Source: an uncultured Thermoleophilia bacterium (lineage in GTDB: Bacteria > Actinomycetota > Thermoleophilia > Gaiellales > Gaiellaceae). Taken from it: a stretch of 64,000 nt of DNA. Shown here piece by piece: positions 62,296 through 64,000 of the stretch. Each line of letters begins with the position of its first letter. The first letter of the stretch is position 1. Position numbers and translations under genes: made by a program. The DNA is taken from contig CAWBWA010000005.1 of assembly GCA_963792455.1 (NCBI GenBank), positions 10,010-74,009 on the forward strand, read 5' to 3'. The notes under the pieces were generated by a model. That model saw only the letters and a list, made by a program, of their open reading frames with translations, had not been told where the DNA came from and ran no database searches.

Positions 62296-62300
62296 TCAGA

Positions 62301-62336
62301 CGGCGGCGAGGGGCGCCGTCGCGCCCCTCACCGCCG
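62301..62336. terminator. Hairpin between convergent genes
   Basis: cggcggcgaggggcg-ccgtcg-cgcccctcaccgccg. Confidence 0.65.
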
Positions 62337-62365
62337 ATCGGGTGAGTATTCGAACCTCGCTGTGG

Positions 62366-63005
62366 TTACGCGAACGCGAGCGAGGCCGTTGTCGTCGAGG
62401 ACGATGCTCCGTCCGTCGGAGGCGCGAGGCCGAGGCCCGGCCCCATGCCCATCCCGTGACCACCGTGTCCGCCTGGCCCACCGTGATGGCCCATGCCCCC
62501 GGCGCCGAAGCCGGGGAACGTGGCGGCGTCGATCTTGCGCCTTCAGCTCGGTGGCGTACTTCTCGGTGATGTTCCCGGCCTTGAGGGCCTCGTCGACACG
62601 GGCCTTCGCCTGCGCCTTCTGCGCGTCGCTGTAGGCGGCATTCAGCTTCGCCTCCGTGGTGCCGAGCGCCTTCGCGACACCGGCAGCCGTTGCCAGCCGC
62701 ATCGCCGGCATTCCGTCGGCGAGGGCGTCCTTCAGGGTCGCTGCTTCCGTCGCCGTGATCTCGTCGGCGGCGAGCGCCGCGTCGATGCGGGCGATTGCCG
62801 CGGCCTTGACCGCCGCGTTGAGCTTCGCCGTCGTGGTGCCGAGGTTCTTCGCCACCGCGGCGTCCATACTGGCCCGGTCTGCGATCCGGGCGGCCTCCTG
62901 CTTCAGGCCGCCGCCACCCGTCGCCGCAATCGCCGAGCCGACGCCCACCATCAGAGCGAGCGCCGCTGCCGTCGCGAACACCATCCGTACCTTCGTGAGT
63001 CTCAT
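62366..63005 (-). CDS. Secreted Ala-rich helical two-repeat protein with a Gly/His/Met-rich tail (frameshifted)
   Basis: RBS aaggag; signal peptide; two VAK.LGTT.AKLNAA...ARID.AL.A..IT units; shifted tail GGMGHHGGPGGHGGHGMG. Confidence 0.8.
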
Positions 63006-63058
63006 CGTTCCGTCTCCTTTCGGGAGATTTCGAGGTACCCACATCGAAGCGCCGCGGT

Positions 63059-63097
63059 CTGGGAGCAGCCTGTGGCGGAGGTAGGAGGTTCGTGTGA
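63059..63097 (-). promoter_or_regulatory. PhoP/MprA-type direct-repeat box
   Basis: Minus strand tcacac-N5-tcctac-N5-ccacag-N5-tcccag, exact 11-bp period. Confidence 0.65.
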
Positions 63098-63109
63098 GTG
63101 GAACGAGAC

Positions 63110-63143
63110 GAGCCCGGACGACAGGCTGAAGCCTGTCGCCGGC
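63110..63143 (+). repeat. REP-like hairpin
   Basis: gagcccggacgacaggctgaagcctgtcgccggc. Confidence 0.9.
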
Positions 63144-63151
63144 GACGCCGT

Positions 63152-63847
63152 TCAGCCGTGGAGGATGTTGACCGCCCGGGCGGCCACGATCAGCACCGTG
63201 ACCGCTGCGACGAGCGACTCGATCGCCATGGACAGCTTCGCCCGGTGGGTCAGTGGCATCGCATCGGTGGGGCTGAAGGCGATCGAGTTGGTGACCGCGA
63301 CGTACAGGTAGTCCTTCAGGACCGGCGTCCAGCCTGCCCGTGCGAGCGAGGGATTCTCGTCCTGGGGGAACTGGAAGTCGGGCACGACACGGTGATCGGC
63401 GAGTGCCCGCGCAACCGGGCCACCAGAGTCGATCTCCCAGAAGATGAGCGCGAAGGTGATCACGTTCACGACCAGGACGACGGCGGCACTCGCGAGCAAC
63501 TGCGGGCCGGTCATGTCGCCGCCGCCGGAAACGAGCGACCCCAGCACGAGACCAACCGCGACCAGGTTCGCGACCGCCAGAATGCCCAGCAGGCCCACGG
63601 CAGCCTTCCGCCGGTGCCGGCTCGAGACGCCCATGCGGCCGAGCCCGAGGAGAAAGACGAGGGCGAGCACCAGGGCCGGCAGGGCGAGCACAAGCCAGAC
63701 CCACCAGTCGTTGGCGGCGTAGAGCCGCCAGTCGCGCGAGGCGCTGTTCGCCGCCAGGAGCACGTCGACCAGCACGATGACGAAGACGAAGGGCGCGGCC
63801 TCGCGTCGCGCGACGTGCTGGACATCCTCGAGACGGTTGTTCCGCAC
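63152..63847 (-). CDS. DUF1345-like membrane protein
   Basis: FWEIDSGGP, PDFQFPQ, DYLYVAVTNSIAFSPTDAMPL. Confidence 0.88.
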   Translation of the reverse strand: MRNNRLEDVQHVARREAAPFVFVIVLVDVLLAANSASRDWRLYAANDWWVWLVLALPALVLALVFLLGLGRMGVSSRHRRKAAVGLLGILAVANLVAVGLVLGSLVSGGGDMTGPQLLASAAVVLVVNVITFALIFWEIDSGGPVARALADHRVVPDFQFPQDENPSLARAGWTPVLKDYLYVAVTNSIAFSPTDAMPLTHRAKLSMAIESLVAAVTVLIVAARAVNILHG

Positions 63848-63895
63848 GGCTGACCGTTCGCCGTCGGAGTGCCCACACCTACGACGGCCGACCAA

Positions 63896-63923
63896 CCCCG
63901 GCGACAGGCTGAAGCCTGTCGCC
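63896..63923 (+). repeat. REP-like hairpin
   Basis: ggcgacaggc-tgaa-gcctgtcgcc, perfect 10-bp stem. Confidence 0.9.
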
Positions 63924-63929
63924 CGCCCT

Positions 63930-64000
63930 CTAGGCCACGATCTCGTCGATCGCGTCGAGCTCGGCCTGCGAGAACCCGAGCTGCTCGAGCGCTGCGAGGT
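63930..64000 (-). CDS. C-terminus of a probable aldo/keto reductase (partial)
   Basis: LAALEQLGFSQAELDAIDEIVA-stop; only 22 aa visible. Confidence 0.55.
   Translation of the reverse strand, partial: LAALEQLGFSQAELDAIDEIVA

Overview
High-GC chromosomal window. Gene content (class II RNR, MutS2, SARP-propeller-SBP fusion, LipJ-like cyclase, MMPL/MFS transporters) suggests an actinobacterium, most like Thermoleophilia/Gaiellales; that taxonomy is inferred. About 55 genes can be supported. Many are split by 1-2 nt indels, most densely at 51-58 kb, including housekeeping genes, which points to uncorrected long-read errors rather than decay. I found no rRNA, tRNA, CRISPR array, integrase or transposase. 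Housekeeping genes (holB, tmk, nrdJ, yaaA, mutS2) flank an accessory detox/export block at about 17-31 kb. The most interesting element is a transmembrane SARP receptor (wHTH-BTAD-TM-beta-propeller-solute-binding domain). It is transcribed divergently, across an 11-bp-period direct repeat, from a small secreted protein with four 22-aa repeats (core PDDRATHGPGA) and a C-terminal FDWxDAGIG-TM-RR tail, making a candidate peptide-signal/receptor pair. Other features: a NarL-type three-component system with a 7-4-7 palindromic regulon and a duplicated promoter-leader, PhoP/MprA-type boxes 61 kb apart, a cNMP module with a non-canonical cyclase, a candidate protein O-glycosylation locus, and a REP-like GGCTGAAGCC hairpin family.
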